Origin: Alphaproteobacteria bacterium
Lineage (GTDB): Bacteria > Pseudomonadota > Alphaproteobacteria > JAAXGF01
Reading direction: 5' to 3'
DNA length: 64,000 nt
Assembly (NCBI GenBank): GCA_965218865.1
Contig: CBDCME010000078.1
Span: forward strand, 22,570 to 86,569
In this document: piece after piece, positions 31,341 to 40,719 of the stretch
How the letters are laid out: each line of letters begins with the position of its first letter
Numbering within the stretch: the first letter of the stretch is position 1
Notes under the pieces: model-generated
What the model saw: the letters and a program-made list of their open reading frames with translations, nothing else
Told to the model about the DNA's origin: nothing
Databases searched by the model: none
Program-made: the position numbers and the translations under genes

Positions 31341-31384
31341 TAAGCCGTGACGGCATCAAGACTTGATCGATTGGAGACGAAACG

Positions 31385-32302
31385 ATGAATACGACGACGA
31401 GAATTGCGGCGATGACCGTGGTCATCGCGATCAGCTACGGGGCTGGCGCGTGGGCGCACACGATCCAAAAAGGCGACATCCAGATCATCCATCCCTGGGT
31501 CGAGCCATCCGAAAGTTACAGCACCCGCACCCATCCGACTATTTCGAACGAAGAGGACGATCCGATCACGTTGGTTGGCGCTGAAACATCGATAGCGGAA
31601 CAAGTGCTGATCATTCGAGAGGGGTTGGTTCTCGAGAGACTCGTTATCGCCGGTGAGGACGTCGTGAGCTTCGGGGAAGACGGTCTCTATATTACCCTTG
31701 TCGGACTAAAGGAGCCGTTGGAGGACGGCGCTCACTTCCCCGTCACTTTTCATTTCGACGGCGAGAGCCTCGAATTTCACATGGTAGTGGGCGAAAGCAC
31801 CATGATGCCTGGCATGGAAATGGCCGAAGCACCGGGCGATGACACTGGCGGTATGCACGAGATGCACGGTGGCGGGGGTTTGGAAGACGAGGGCGGTCTT
31901 CATGGCCACGGCGACAAACACGGCGATGATTCAGACGGCGGACATTCGGACCACCACGGCCTTGGCGACGAGCATGGTGCGTTGCATGACTCTGAAGAAT
32001 CGGATGAGCACGCGGCCGCGCATGACGCCAACACCCTGAAAGAAACGATTCTTACAATCACCCACGCACCGATCGAGGCCATCGGCTGGCCTGAAATGAC
32101 CACGGATTTCAGCCTAGTCGATGAGGCGAACGTCGCGGACGTCAATGTGGGTGACAGGGTTTACTTCGTACTGGTAGCGGATTCCGACGGCATCTATGCC
32201 GTCAAGTTGATTGGCCAAGTTGATCGCGGCGTTCCGCCTACCAGCAATTCGGAATTGTTGGGAGAGGGCGTCGTAGAGACGATCGCGGGCAGAAAATTAT
32301 GA
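31385..32302 (+). CDS. secreted fusion protein: PCuAC-like domain + His/Met/Asp-rich linker + CusF-like domain
   Basis: Signal peptide. N-terminal ...GLYITLVGLKEPLEDGAHFPVTFHF. Linker MMPGMEMAEAPGDDTGGMHEMHGGG...HGHGDKHGDDSDGGHSDHHG. C-terminal ITHAPIEAIGWPEMTTDFSLVD...GDRVYFVL (CusF-type WPxMT motif). Confidence 0.65.
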   Translation: MNTTTRIAAMTVVIAISYGAGAWAHTIQKGDIQIIHPWVEPSESYSTRTHPTISNEEDDPITLVGAETSIAEQVLIIREGLVLERLVIAGEDVVSFGEDGLYITLVGLKEPLEDGAHFPVTFHFDGESLEFHMVVGESTMMPGMEMAEAPGDDTGGMHEMHGGGGLEDEGGLHGHGDKHGDDSDGGHSDHHGLGDEHGALHDSEESDEHAAAHDANTLKETILTITHAPIEAIGWPEMTTDFSLVDEANVADVNVGDRVYFVLVADSDGIYAVKLIGQVDRGVPPTSNSELLGEGVVETIAGRKL

Positions 32303-32633
32303 CCGACCACGTGGTCAGGCAGGAGCCTGGTGTTCGCGACGACGCGGCCAATTCGATGATTGATCTGGTTTCGGTCTTCGTCAATGCTCTGCGCCTTCGG
32401 CGTCTAAAACTTCCTGATTACCCACTTGCTCCGCGAGATTGAGGAGGTTGTAGGGCATGGGCGGGGTACGCAAGGCGGCCCAGGCGAGGCGAGGGATCAT
32501 TTCGTCGAGACGGTAGCGGCGATTGAAACGGTATACGAATTGGGCTAGGTATCTCGGTGTGTGCTTGGGACGGATGGCGTGATAGGTCCCGCGGAGGCTG
32601 TTCTTGACGTTTCCGAGGGTCGTGTTGGCCCAT

Positions 32634-33975
32634 GTGTGGACGGCTCCTTTTTGGCAAGACCAAAAGCGGCGTTGATGCAAACTGGTCGGGTGCGGCCATG
32701 TGTGTGGCCTGTTGATGCGGCGCGTACGGCCGCTGGCCTTAATGCGATCCGCGGATCGAGTCCCATTCACTTGAGTGCGTTCGAAGACGCATGGGTCATC
32801 GCGGGTTTTCTCGACCTCAGGGTCGACCGGTTTTTGCATTACGTCACCTTCACTCCGCCAAACTCGTGATCTCGTTGTCGTCGGCGCCTTACGCGGCCAC
32901 GGCACTCGGTCGTTGGTAAGTTCCGCCATGCTGTAAGAGCGCCCAAGCGATGCGCGCGGTCTTATTGGCGAGGGCGACGGCGACGACCTTTGGTGGCTTG
33001 CGGGCGATGAGGTCGGCAAGCCAAGGTGGGTTGCCGCGCTGCTTGGCATGGCGGATGATCGCCATGGCCCCCGAGAAGAGCAGCCAGCGCAGATAGTGAT
33101 CCCCCTGTTTGGAAATGCGCCCCAGCCGTTCCTTGCCCCCGGTCGAGGACTGCTTGGGAACCAACCCGATCCAGGCGGCCAGTTCACGGCCCGACTTGAA
33201 CACAGATGGATCAGTGATCGTGGCGGTCAAGGCGCTCGCCGTGATGGGCCCAATGCCGGGAATAGTTTCCAGGCGCCGACTGACCTCGTTCGCACGGTGC
33301 CAAGTATTTATGCGCTGCTCGGCGACGACGATTTCGCGCTCCAGCGATCTCAGCTGCCCAGCCAGACCTTTCAGACAGACCCGGGCCAGTGACGCTTATC
33401 CTTTCGATCGGCGATCACCGCGAGAAGTTTCTTGAGGTTCGGCAGCCCGACCACGACACCGAACTCAGCCATATGCGCTCGCATGGCGTTGACCAACATG
33501 GTTCTCTGGCGGACCAGCAACTCGCGGGTCCGATGTAGCATGAGAACACTCTGCTGCTCTTTGCTTTTCACGCTAACAAAACGCATCGACGGCCGGGTCA
33601 CCGCCTCACAGATCGCGTCCGCGTCGGCCGCGTCATTCTTGTTCCGTCGCCTTGACGTAGCGGGCCGACATCAGACGAACCTCATGGCCCAAGGCTCCGA
33701 TCTCGCGGGCCCAATGATGCGCTGTGGCGCAGGCCTCGACCCCGACCAAACAGGGCCGCAGTTTCCTGAAGAATGGAAGAACCTGGCTGCGTTTGAGCTG
33801 CCGGCGGATCACTGTCGCGCCCGAGGCATCGACACCGTGGACCTGAAAAACGTTCTTCGCGAGATCAAGACCAATCGTGGTAACTTCTTGCATAGGACGG
33901 CTCCTCGTTAGCGGTTGAAGACGACACCGCACTTTGGCACATCGCGATGCCGGTGGCAGGAGCCGTCCACCGCAT
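32634..33975 (-). mobile_element. IS110-family element (IS1111-like layout), ~1342 bp
   Basis: Interrupts the IS1595 transposase reading frame between ...AAFK and WANTTLG. Subterminal inverted repeats GGAGCCGTCCAC / GTGGACGGCTCC. 82-bp 5-prime and 255-bp 3-prime non-coding ends. Confidence 0.8.
32889..33893 (-). pseudogene. IS110-family transposase, two frameshifts
   Basis: MQEVTTIGLDLAKNVFQVHGVD...VGVEACATAHHWAR, then KNDAADADAICEAVTRPSMRF in another frame (shift near 33650). A second shift lies near 33385, before ...ETIPGIGPITASAL...ISKQGDHYLRWLL. Confidence 0.8.
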
Positions 33976-34504
33976 CATTTGAAGGCGGCCCATTTGGTGG
34001 CGGCCTCGGGTCCGCTGCCGGTAACGGCGGGAAAATGGCTGCAGCCGGCCGCGGTGACGGCGGTGAAGCAGCTCAGGCCGTCGCTCACGACGATGCTTCC
34101 TGGCCGCATGGCGCGGCGCGACATTTTCTCGATCTCCGCCTTGCGAAAGCCTTTCACGCGCTTGAGCTTGAGCCGGTGGGGCCGGCCCTCGGCCGTGGTT
34201 TCCACGGCGGACACGAAGGGCGTCTTGCCGGGCGCGCCACGGCCCCGCCTCGCGCAGTGACGGGCGCCCCCCAGATAGGCGTCGTCGATCTCGATCCGCT
34301 TGCCCTCGCCGCCGCCCAGCGGCTTGTCTCCCTCGCGCTCCAGCATCACCTGCATCAGCTTGTGATGCATCTTCCACGCCGTATTGTAGCTGACCCCAAG
34401 CCGGCGCCCCAATTCGAGGCTGGAAATCCCTGTCTTCGACTGGCTGATCAGGTAGATGGCCTCGAACCACCATGTCGCTGGCTCGAGGCCGGTCACGGGC
34501 GTTA

Positions 34505-35618
34505 CTAATATCCCAAAATAATACCTGACATATTGATCGGACTGTGCTATACATGGTGCATGGAAGCGCGTGACTTTCGTGGCATTGGTCGGGCGGCGCA
34601 GGAGGAACTCCGGCGTCGGGCGATCGTGCTTGTCGAGCAGGGTGGATCGAGCCGGGCCGAGGCGGCCAGGGTTGTTGGCGTGCAGCGGCAGACGGTCAAC
34701 ATCTGGCTCAAGCGGTATCGCGAACGGGGCGAGGACGGCCTCCTGGATGGTCGTCGGGTTTCCGGACGCAAGGGCAAGGGGGCGCTGACCACCGAGGAGG
34801 GCCGGCAAGTCCGCCGCTGGATCGCCGACAAGACGCCCGATCAGCTCAAACTGCCGTTTGCATTGTGGACGTCCCGTGCGGTGCGCGAGTTGATCGAGCG
34901 CCGGTTGGGCAAGCGCCTTGGCCTGTCGACCGTCCAGCTCTACCTGAAGCGCTGGGGCATGACCCCGCAAAAGCCGCTGGCGCGCGCCAAACAACGCTCG
35001 CCCGCCGCCGTGGCCGCCTGGTTGGAGCGCGACTACCCGGCGATCGCCGGGCGCGCCAAGCGAGAGAGAGCCGTCGTCTACTGGGGCGACGAGACCGGCA
35101 TCTCCAACCAAGACCAGATCGGCCGCAGTTATGCCCCAAGAGGCCAGACGCCGGTGGTTGGCCGGACCGCCAAGAAGATCTCCAAGAGCATGATTTCGGC
35201 CGTCTCCAACCGCGCCCTGATGCGCTTCATGCTGTATGATGGGGCGCTTAACGTCGATCGCTTCATCATCTTCCTGCGGCGGCTGATCAAGGACGCAAAG
35301 CAGAAGGTGTTCCTGATCATAGATAACCTGAAGGTGCACCACGCCAAGTGGGTCAAGGCCTGGACTCTGAGCCATCGCCACGAGATCGAGCTGTTCTACC
35401 TCCCGGCCCCCGAGTGCAACCCGGACGAATACTTGAACAACGATGTCAAGCAGAAGTTGCGCCAAAAGCCGCAGCCCGGCACCAAGGACGAACTGGACAA
35501 GAATACCCGCGCCGTCTTGCGCGCAATTCAGCGTTCATCGGATCGAGTGCGCGGTTACTTCCGCCCCCACCCCGTCAAATACGCCGCCTGATCGTCAGGT
35601 ATCATATTAGGATATTAG
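34505..35618 (+). mobile_element. IS630-family element type b, copy 1 (1114 bp)
   Basis: TIRs CTAATATCCCAAAATAATACCTGAC and GTCAGGTATCATATTAGGATATTAG, flanked by TA at 34503-34504 and 35619-35620. Confidence 0.85.
34533..35591 (+). CDS. IS630-family transposase (single ORF)
   Basis: 352 aa with HTH and DDE_3 domains (...VVYWGDETGISNQD...IIDNLKVHHAK...YLPAPECNPDEYLNNDVK). Differs by one residue (R/C) from the copy at 53425-54483. Confidence 0.9.
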   Translation: MIGLCYTWCMEARDFRGIGRAAQEELRRRAIVLVEQGGSSRAEAARVVGVQRQTVNIWLKRYRERGEDGLLDGRRVSGRKGKGALTTEEGRQVRRWIADKTPDQLKLPFALWTSRAVRELIERRLGKRLGLSTVQLYLKRWGMTPQKPLARAKQRSPAAVAAWLERDYPAIAGRAKRERAVVYWGDETGISNQDQIGRSYAPRGQTPVVGRTAKKISKSMISAVSNRALMRFMLYDGALNVDRFIIFLRRLIKDAKQKVFLIIDNLKVHHAKWVKAWTLSHRHEIELFYLPAPECNPDEYLNNDVKQKLRQKPQPGTKDELDKNTRAVLRAIQRSSDRVRGYFRPHPVKYAA

Positions 35619-35793
35619 TAACTTTTTCAATGTGTTAGGTGAGGAAGCATTTCGGCATCGCGGTTGGTTGCCCCGGTGATGGCTAACTCCCCGCAGTTAC
35701 GGACGAGGAATTTCACGGTACGGTAGATGTCCTTGTTGCTCACAGCCGAGCATACCCGAAAGTTGGTGACGGAGTTTTCAGGAGGAACAGGGA

Positions 35794-36750
35794 TCAGCCG
35801 TCGGGGACGATCAGGGTTCCGGATTCGCCATTCAAGGCCCGGCCGATGTTGGGCGGGCTCGTGATCAGACCCTGTTTGCCGCCGTTTTCGAGGAAAGCGA
35901 TCAGGGCCTGGACCTTCGGTCCCATGCTACCCGCGGCGAAATGGCCTTCAGCCGTGTAGCGTTTCGCCTCGCTCACGCTGATCCGCTCGAGCCAGCGCTC
36001 ATTCGGCTGATTGAAGTTGATCGCCACCCGTTCGACTCCGGTCGACAACATGAACATCTCGGCCCCCACCTCCTGGGCCAGGAGACCGGAGGCGAAATCC
36101 TTGTCGATCACGGCCTCGACGCCTTGCAGATCGCCGTTATCATCGACGATCACCGGAATGCCACCGCCGCCGCAGGCGATGACCACGTAACCGGCCCGCG
36201 CCAGCAGAGAGATTTCCTCGACCTCGACGATCGCGCGCGGGAACGGTGAAGCGACTACGCGCCGCCAACCCCGACCGGCGTCCTCGCGAATCCGCCAGCC
36301 GTGCTTGCGGGCCCGCTCACGCGCGGTCGCCTCGTCCATGTGCGAACCAATGGGCTTGGTCGGATCGCGGAAGGCGGGATCGTCGCGATCGACCACCACC
36401 TGGGTGACCACGGCGATGGCGCGGCGCCCGATACCGCCGCGGCGGAAGGCGTTGTGAAGGGCACGTTGAAACATGTAGCCGATGGCACCTTGGGTATCGG
36501 CGCCGGCGTAGTCCATCGGCACCGGGGCGATCTCGTGGATCGACAATTCCGAGCGCCGGAGGATGAAGCCGACCTGGGGCCCATTGCCGTGAGTGAGGAT
36601 GACGTTCCAGCCGGCGGCGACCATCTCGGCGACGTACTCGGACGAGGTCGCCGCGGCCTGGTATTGGTCGGGGATCGATTCGTGGTTTTCGTCGACGATG
36701 AGCGAATTGCCCCCGACGGCGATGATCGCGATCCGCCCGGCGGCCGTCAT
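35794..36750 (-). CDS. arcC: carbamate kinase
   Basis: 318 aa: IAVGGNSL...THGNGPQVG...MDYAGADTQGAIGY...ACGGGGIPV...IDKDFASGLLA... Confidence 0.9.
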   Translation of the reverse strand: MTAAGRIAIIAVGGNSLIVDENHESIPDQYQAAATSSEYVAEMVAAGWNVILTHGNGPQVGFILRRSELSIHEIAPVPMDYAGADTQGAIGYMFQRALHNAFRRGGIGRRAIAVVTQVVVDRDDPAFRDPTKPIGSHMDEATARERARKHGWRIREDAGRGWRRVVASPFPRAIVEVEEISLLARAGYVVIACGGGGIPVIVDDNGDLQGVEAVIDKDFASGLLAQEVGAEMFMLSTGVERVAINFNQPNERWLERISVSEAKRYTAEGHFAAGSMGPKVQALIAFLENGGKQGLITSPPNIGRALNGESGTLIVPDG

Positions 36751-36757
36751 CGCGCGC

Positions 36758-38171
36758 TCAGGCCTCGGAGCCGAGGGCCGCGGCCAGGGCCGAGACGGCC
36801 TGGGTAAAACACGCCAGCGGGGCCCGGGTGATGCCAGCGCCGACCTGGCCGATCCCGGCCTCCCGGTGCGCGATACCGGTGTTGATGATCGGTTGGATTC
36901 CGGTATCGACGACCTTGCGCACGTCGATGGCCGTCGGTGTGCCGGCGAAGCCCAGCGCTGGCAAGGTCAAGGCGGGATTGGGTCCCTGGGTGATGCACAC
37001 CATCTCGCGCGTATTGGCGATCGCGTCGGCAGGGGTGCCGCCGACGAACTGGACGATCGCCGGGGCCGCCGCCATGGCGAAGCCCCCGACGCCGGCGGTC
37101 TCGGAAATGGCGCTATCGCCGAGGTCCGGAGCACAATCGGCGGCGGCGTATCCAGGAAAGAGAAGCCCCTTGATCACCGGCGCCCGAGCCGTGAACCACG
37201 TATCCCCGGTGCCACTGACGCGAATGCCGAATTCCACGCCGTTGCGCGTCATCGCCGTCACCAGACTGCTGTTCGCGACGCCGTGGGCGGCGTCTAGCAT
37301 GGCCTTGCAAGCGGCCATCGAAAGATTGAGAAAGAAGTGGTCGTTGGCAGCGATGAATTCGACCACCTCGGCGACGCTTTCCCGGGGCAGATCGGCGCGG
37401 AGCAGCGCCGGCAACGAGCGTTTCAACAACAGCGAGGAAGCCGCTGCGTTGCGGTTGTGAACCTCGTCACCCATGTGCAGCGCCTGGGCCAGCAGGGGCT
37501 TGATTTCCAGGCCGCCCAGCCCGGCGACGGCGCGGCCCAGGGCGGGTCCCAGGGTCGCCCCCATCCAACCCAGCCTGGCGATGACCTCGGCCCCATGGGC
37601 CCCAAACCGCAAGGCCTTGCCGAGGCCCTCGTTGAGGTTGCTGTAGGCGCGATTGCCGTGCGCCTGGTCCACGACCGACCACACCGGCATGGAGGGACTG
37701 ATGACGCCCGCCATGGGGCCGACAGCGCCGTGGTGATTGCAGGGTTCGAAGGCGATTTCGCCCCCCGCCGCCAGACGGCACGCGCCTTCGGCGTCGGCGG
37801 CCCAGCCCTCGTGGATGGCGGCGCCGATGATCGCCCCCCGCATAGGGCCGCACATGGCCTCCCAGGCGATCGGCGGACCGGCGTGAAAGATCGTGCGCTC
37901 CCCCATGCCCGGTAAAGCCTCGCGCGCAACTTCGACGCCTTCGAGCACCGGCCTGGCGGCCAGCAAACGCGCGAAGGCCTCAGCGTTCGCTGCCTCGATC
38001 GCGGGATGATTGACCAGGCGAGCCAATTTCATGCCCGACGCCCGGATCAGCGCCCCCAGGTGGACGCCAGTCAAGGCCGAGGACCTCGGCGCCGGCGGAC
38101 CGTGCCGCCTCGGCGAAGGCGGGTACACCGACGTTGATGATCCGCAATTTTTCCTCGAACAACGTGAGCAT
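36758..38171 (-). pseudogene. DUF1116 (YlbE-like) protein, apparent frameshift
   Basis: N-terminal MLTLFEEKLRIINVGVPAFAEAARSAGAEVLGLDWRPPGGADPG is in one frame. The remainder (...IFHAGPPIAWEAMCGPMRGAIIGAAIHEGWA...) is in another, with the shift near 38045-38055. Confidence 0.7.
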
Positions 38172-38200
38172 CGCGCCTTCCCCCGTTTCGAAAACGGCCC

Positions 38201-39714
38201 TCAGGCCGCCGCGAGGCGCAACGCCCGGGCGTTGCTGGGGGCCAACAAGACCCCGGCTCCTGCCGGGCGAGACCCTGGGGATCGTCCTCGGTGCCGCAAA
38301 CCGAAGCCACGAAGACGGGGCGGGTGCCCCCGTCCACCGCCCGGGCTGCGACGATGGAAAGAGCTGTAACGATTTCGGCCGCCGGATCGGAATGTGCCCC
38401 GTGTCCCAACACGACGTCGAACAGGATCACCGCCACTTCCCCGTCAGCGGCCTCCTGCAGAAGGCGTTCGTTACGCAGGCGGTGGTCGATCATGGGATGG
38501 GGCCGACCCTGGGTGAAGGCGTCGGCCCCGAAATCGACGACCGTGTGACCCCGGCTTCGCCAGATATTGGTGAGGCGGAATCGGTCGTCGAGGGGCGTCG
38601 GCGAATACACCGGTCCCAGGGCCTCGCTCAACATGTGGAGAGCCTCGAAACCGAAGGTCCCCCCGCCGAAGAGGCCGTGAACGTAGCGCTGGCCCGGCGC
38701 CAAGCACCCGGCGGCCGTGGAAATCTCCTCCGTCGCGGGACCTTCCGCGCTCGGCGGCGGCCTGTCTTCGGAGAGGGCGACAGCCGCCGCGGCCGCGTCC
38801 TCAAGGGTGCGGGCAGCGGTAACGCCCTCACGGACCAGGCTTTCGCCGGTGGCACCGATGAAATTCACCACCACGGGCTTGCCGGCCAGGGCGCCCTCCT
38901 CGATGACCTTCGCCGCCACCTCGGCCGCCGGTGGTTTGGAGATCAGGATGATGACGCGGGTGGCGGCGTCGGCCGCCAACGCAGCCAAGCCCTGCAACAT
39001 GGTGATGCCGCCGACGCGAGCATGAAGATCGCGACCGCCGGTTCCGATCGCCTGGGAAATCCCTTGGCCCCATCGGTCGACGAGACAAGTGACTTGCTGG
39101 AGTCCAGTTCCCGAGGCGGCGACCACCCCGATCTCGCCGCGTCGCACCCGGTTGGCGAAACCCAAGGGAATTCCGTTGATGATGGCGCTGTCGCAGTCCG
39201 GTCCCATGACCAGGAGATCGCGCTCACGGGCGTAGCGTTTGAGCATGATTTCGTCGTCGAGACCGACGTTGTCGCTGAACAGCATCGCGTTGAGTCCGAG
39301 GCGCACGGCCTTCAGCGCCTCGGCGGCGGCGTAGGTCCCGGGAGTCGAAATCACGGCCAAGTTCGCCGCCGCCAACTCCACTAGGCCCGATTCGATGCTG
39401 TGGGGCGCCGGGCTTCCCGAGACGGCGTCACCAGTCTTTTCGATGGGTTGCTGTTTCAAGGCACTTTCGGCCTCGTCCATCGCCGCCTCGAGGGCATCGC
39501 CCTGGCCTTGAACGACGACGACGAGGGAATTCGGCTCGGCCCCGACGTCACCGTCGAGGAGACCGGCGTCGCGGAGAAGCTCGAGGTTGCCCTCGGTGGC
39601 CATGATGGCCGAGGCTTCGCTGACGCCGGGCCGTTCGGCGAGGCGAGCCGAGAGCCGCATCAGAGATACCGAACCCCAGTAGCGATCGCGAAACAACCTA
39701 TGCCGCGTTTCCAT
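38201..39714 (-). pseudogene. fdrA: FdrA (succinyl-CoA-synthetase-alpha-like) protein, apparent frameshift near the 3-prime end
   Basis: METRHRLFRDRYWGSVSLMRLS... The CoA-ligase-like core is intact. At the C4/G4 run 38251-38254 the frame shifts; the expected tail ...VLLAPSNARALRLAAA-stop (38201) is in another frame. Confidence 0.75.
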
Positions 39715-39804
39715 CGATTCCCTACGCCAACCGTGCAACCGCCCCCCCGGCGAAGCGCAGCCCCGAGAGCGATGCCAAATCCGCCACGATCCCTCCTTAC
39801 CGCG

Positions 39805-40716
39805 TCACTCGCGCGAGAAATGGCGACCGATGCTGGCCGGCATCCGCGACGAACGGCCGAAGCCCGACAAGACCAGCAGTGAAACGAGATACGGCGTCAT
39901 CTGCACGATGTAGGAGCTGACCGGAAGCCCGTAGCCTTGGACCCGGAGTTGGAGCGCTTCGGCAGCGCCGAAGAGCAGACATGTCGCGATGACGCCGACA
40001 GGCGACCAGCGCGCGGCAATGACGGCGGCCAACGCGATGTAACCGCGCCCAGCGGTCATGTTGTCGGTAAACGAGCCGACCTGTTGAAGAGTCAGAACCG
40101 CGCCGCCCAGGCCGGCGATCATACCGCAAGCGATCACGGACGCAAACCGCACTCGAATGGGGTTTGCGCCCATTGCGTATGCGGCCTCTGGGTTCTCGCC
40201 GACCGACCGCAGGGTCAGCCCGGCCTGAGTACGGGTCAGCAATAGATAAATCGGGATCGTGAGAAGGAACGCAAAATAGGTGAGCGGTGGCTGATTGAAA
40301 AGCAGCGCGCCGATGATCGGCGTCTCGTCCAGGATCGGGATGGCGATCGGTTCTACGATCTCGACCCGGATCGCGCCCGAACCCGCGATCGCGCGCAGCA
40401 TGAAGCTGGTCAACCCGAGCGCTAGAATGTTTGAAGCGAGCGCCACCACGATATGATCCGCGCGAAAGACGATCGTCGCCGTTGCGATTACAACGCCGAG
40501 AGCGGCGCCGGCGAGTGCGGCGCCCGCCAGACCGAGCAATGCACTGTCGGTTCCGAAAGCGGCAAAAAGGCCGCCGGCCGCGCCGACGAGCATCATGCCC
40601 TCCAGACCGACCGCAAACACGCCGGCACGCTCCGATATGATCCCGCCGAGCGCCGCCAATAGCAGCGGCGTGGCGATGCGGATCGAAGCAGCGACGAATT
40701 CTATGGCGAGATCCAC
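39805..40716 (-). CDS. ABC transporter permease (BMP/sugar-type, BPD_transp_2)
   Basis: 303-aa polytopic ORF adjacent to a second permease and a duplicated ATPase. Confidence 0.8.
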   Translation of the reverse strand: MDLAIEFVAASIRIATPLLLAALGGIISERAGVFAVGLEGMMLVGAAGGLFAAFGTDSALLGLAGAALAGAALGVVIATATIVFRADHIVVALASNILALGLTSFMLRAIAGSGAIRVEIVEPIAIPILDETPIIGALLFNQPPLTYFAFLLTIPIYLLLTRTQAGLTLRSVGENPEAAYAMGANPIRVRFASVIACGMIAGLGGAVLTLQQVGSFTDNMTAGRGYIALAAVIAARWSPVGVIATCLLFGAAEALQLRVQGYGLPVSSYIVQMTPYLVSLLVLSGFGRSSRMPASIGRHFSRE

Positions 40717-40719
40717 GGA

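Larger units (their letters stand above)
32413..34475 (-). mobile_element. IS1595-family remnant (copy 2), 5-prime truncated and split by an IS110-family insertion
   Basis: Right TIR CCTGATTACCCA at 32413. Transposase segments at 32420-32633 (...NTTLGNVKNSLRGTYHAIRPKHTPRYLAQFVYRFNRRYRLDEMIPRL...) and 33976-~34475 (WWFEAIYLISQSK...AATKWAAFK). Confidence 0.8.
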
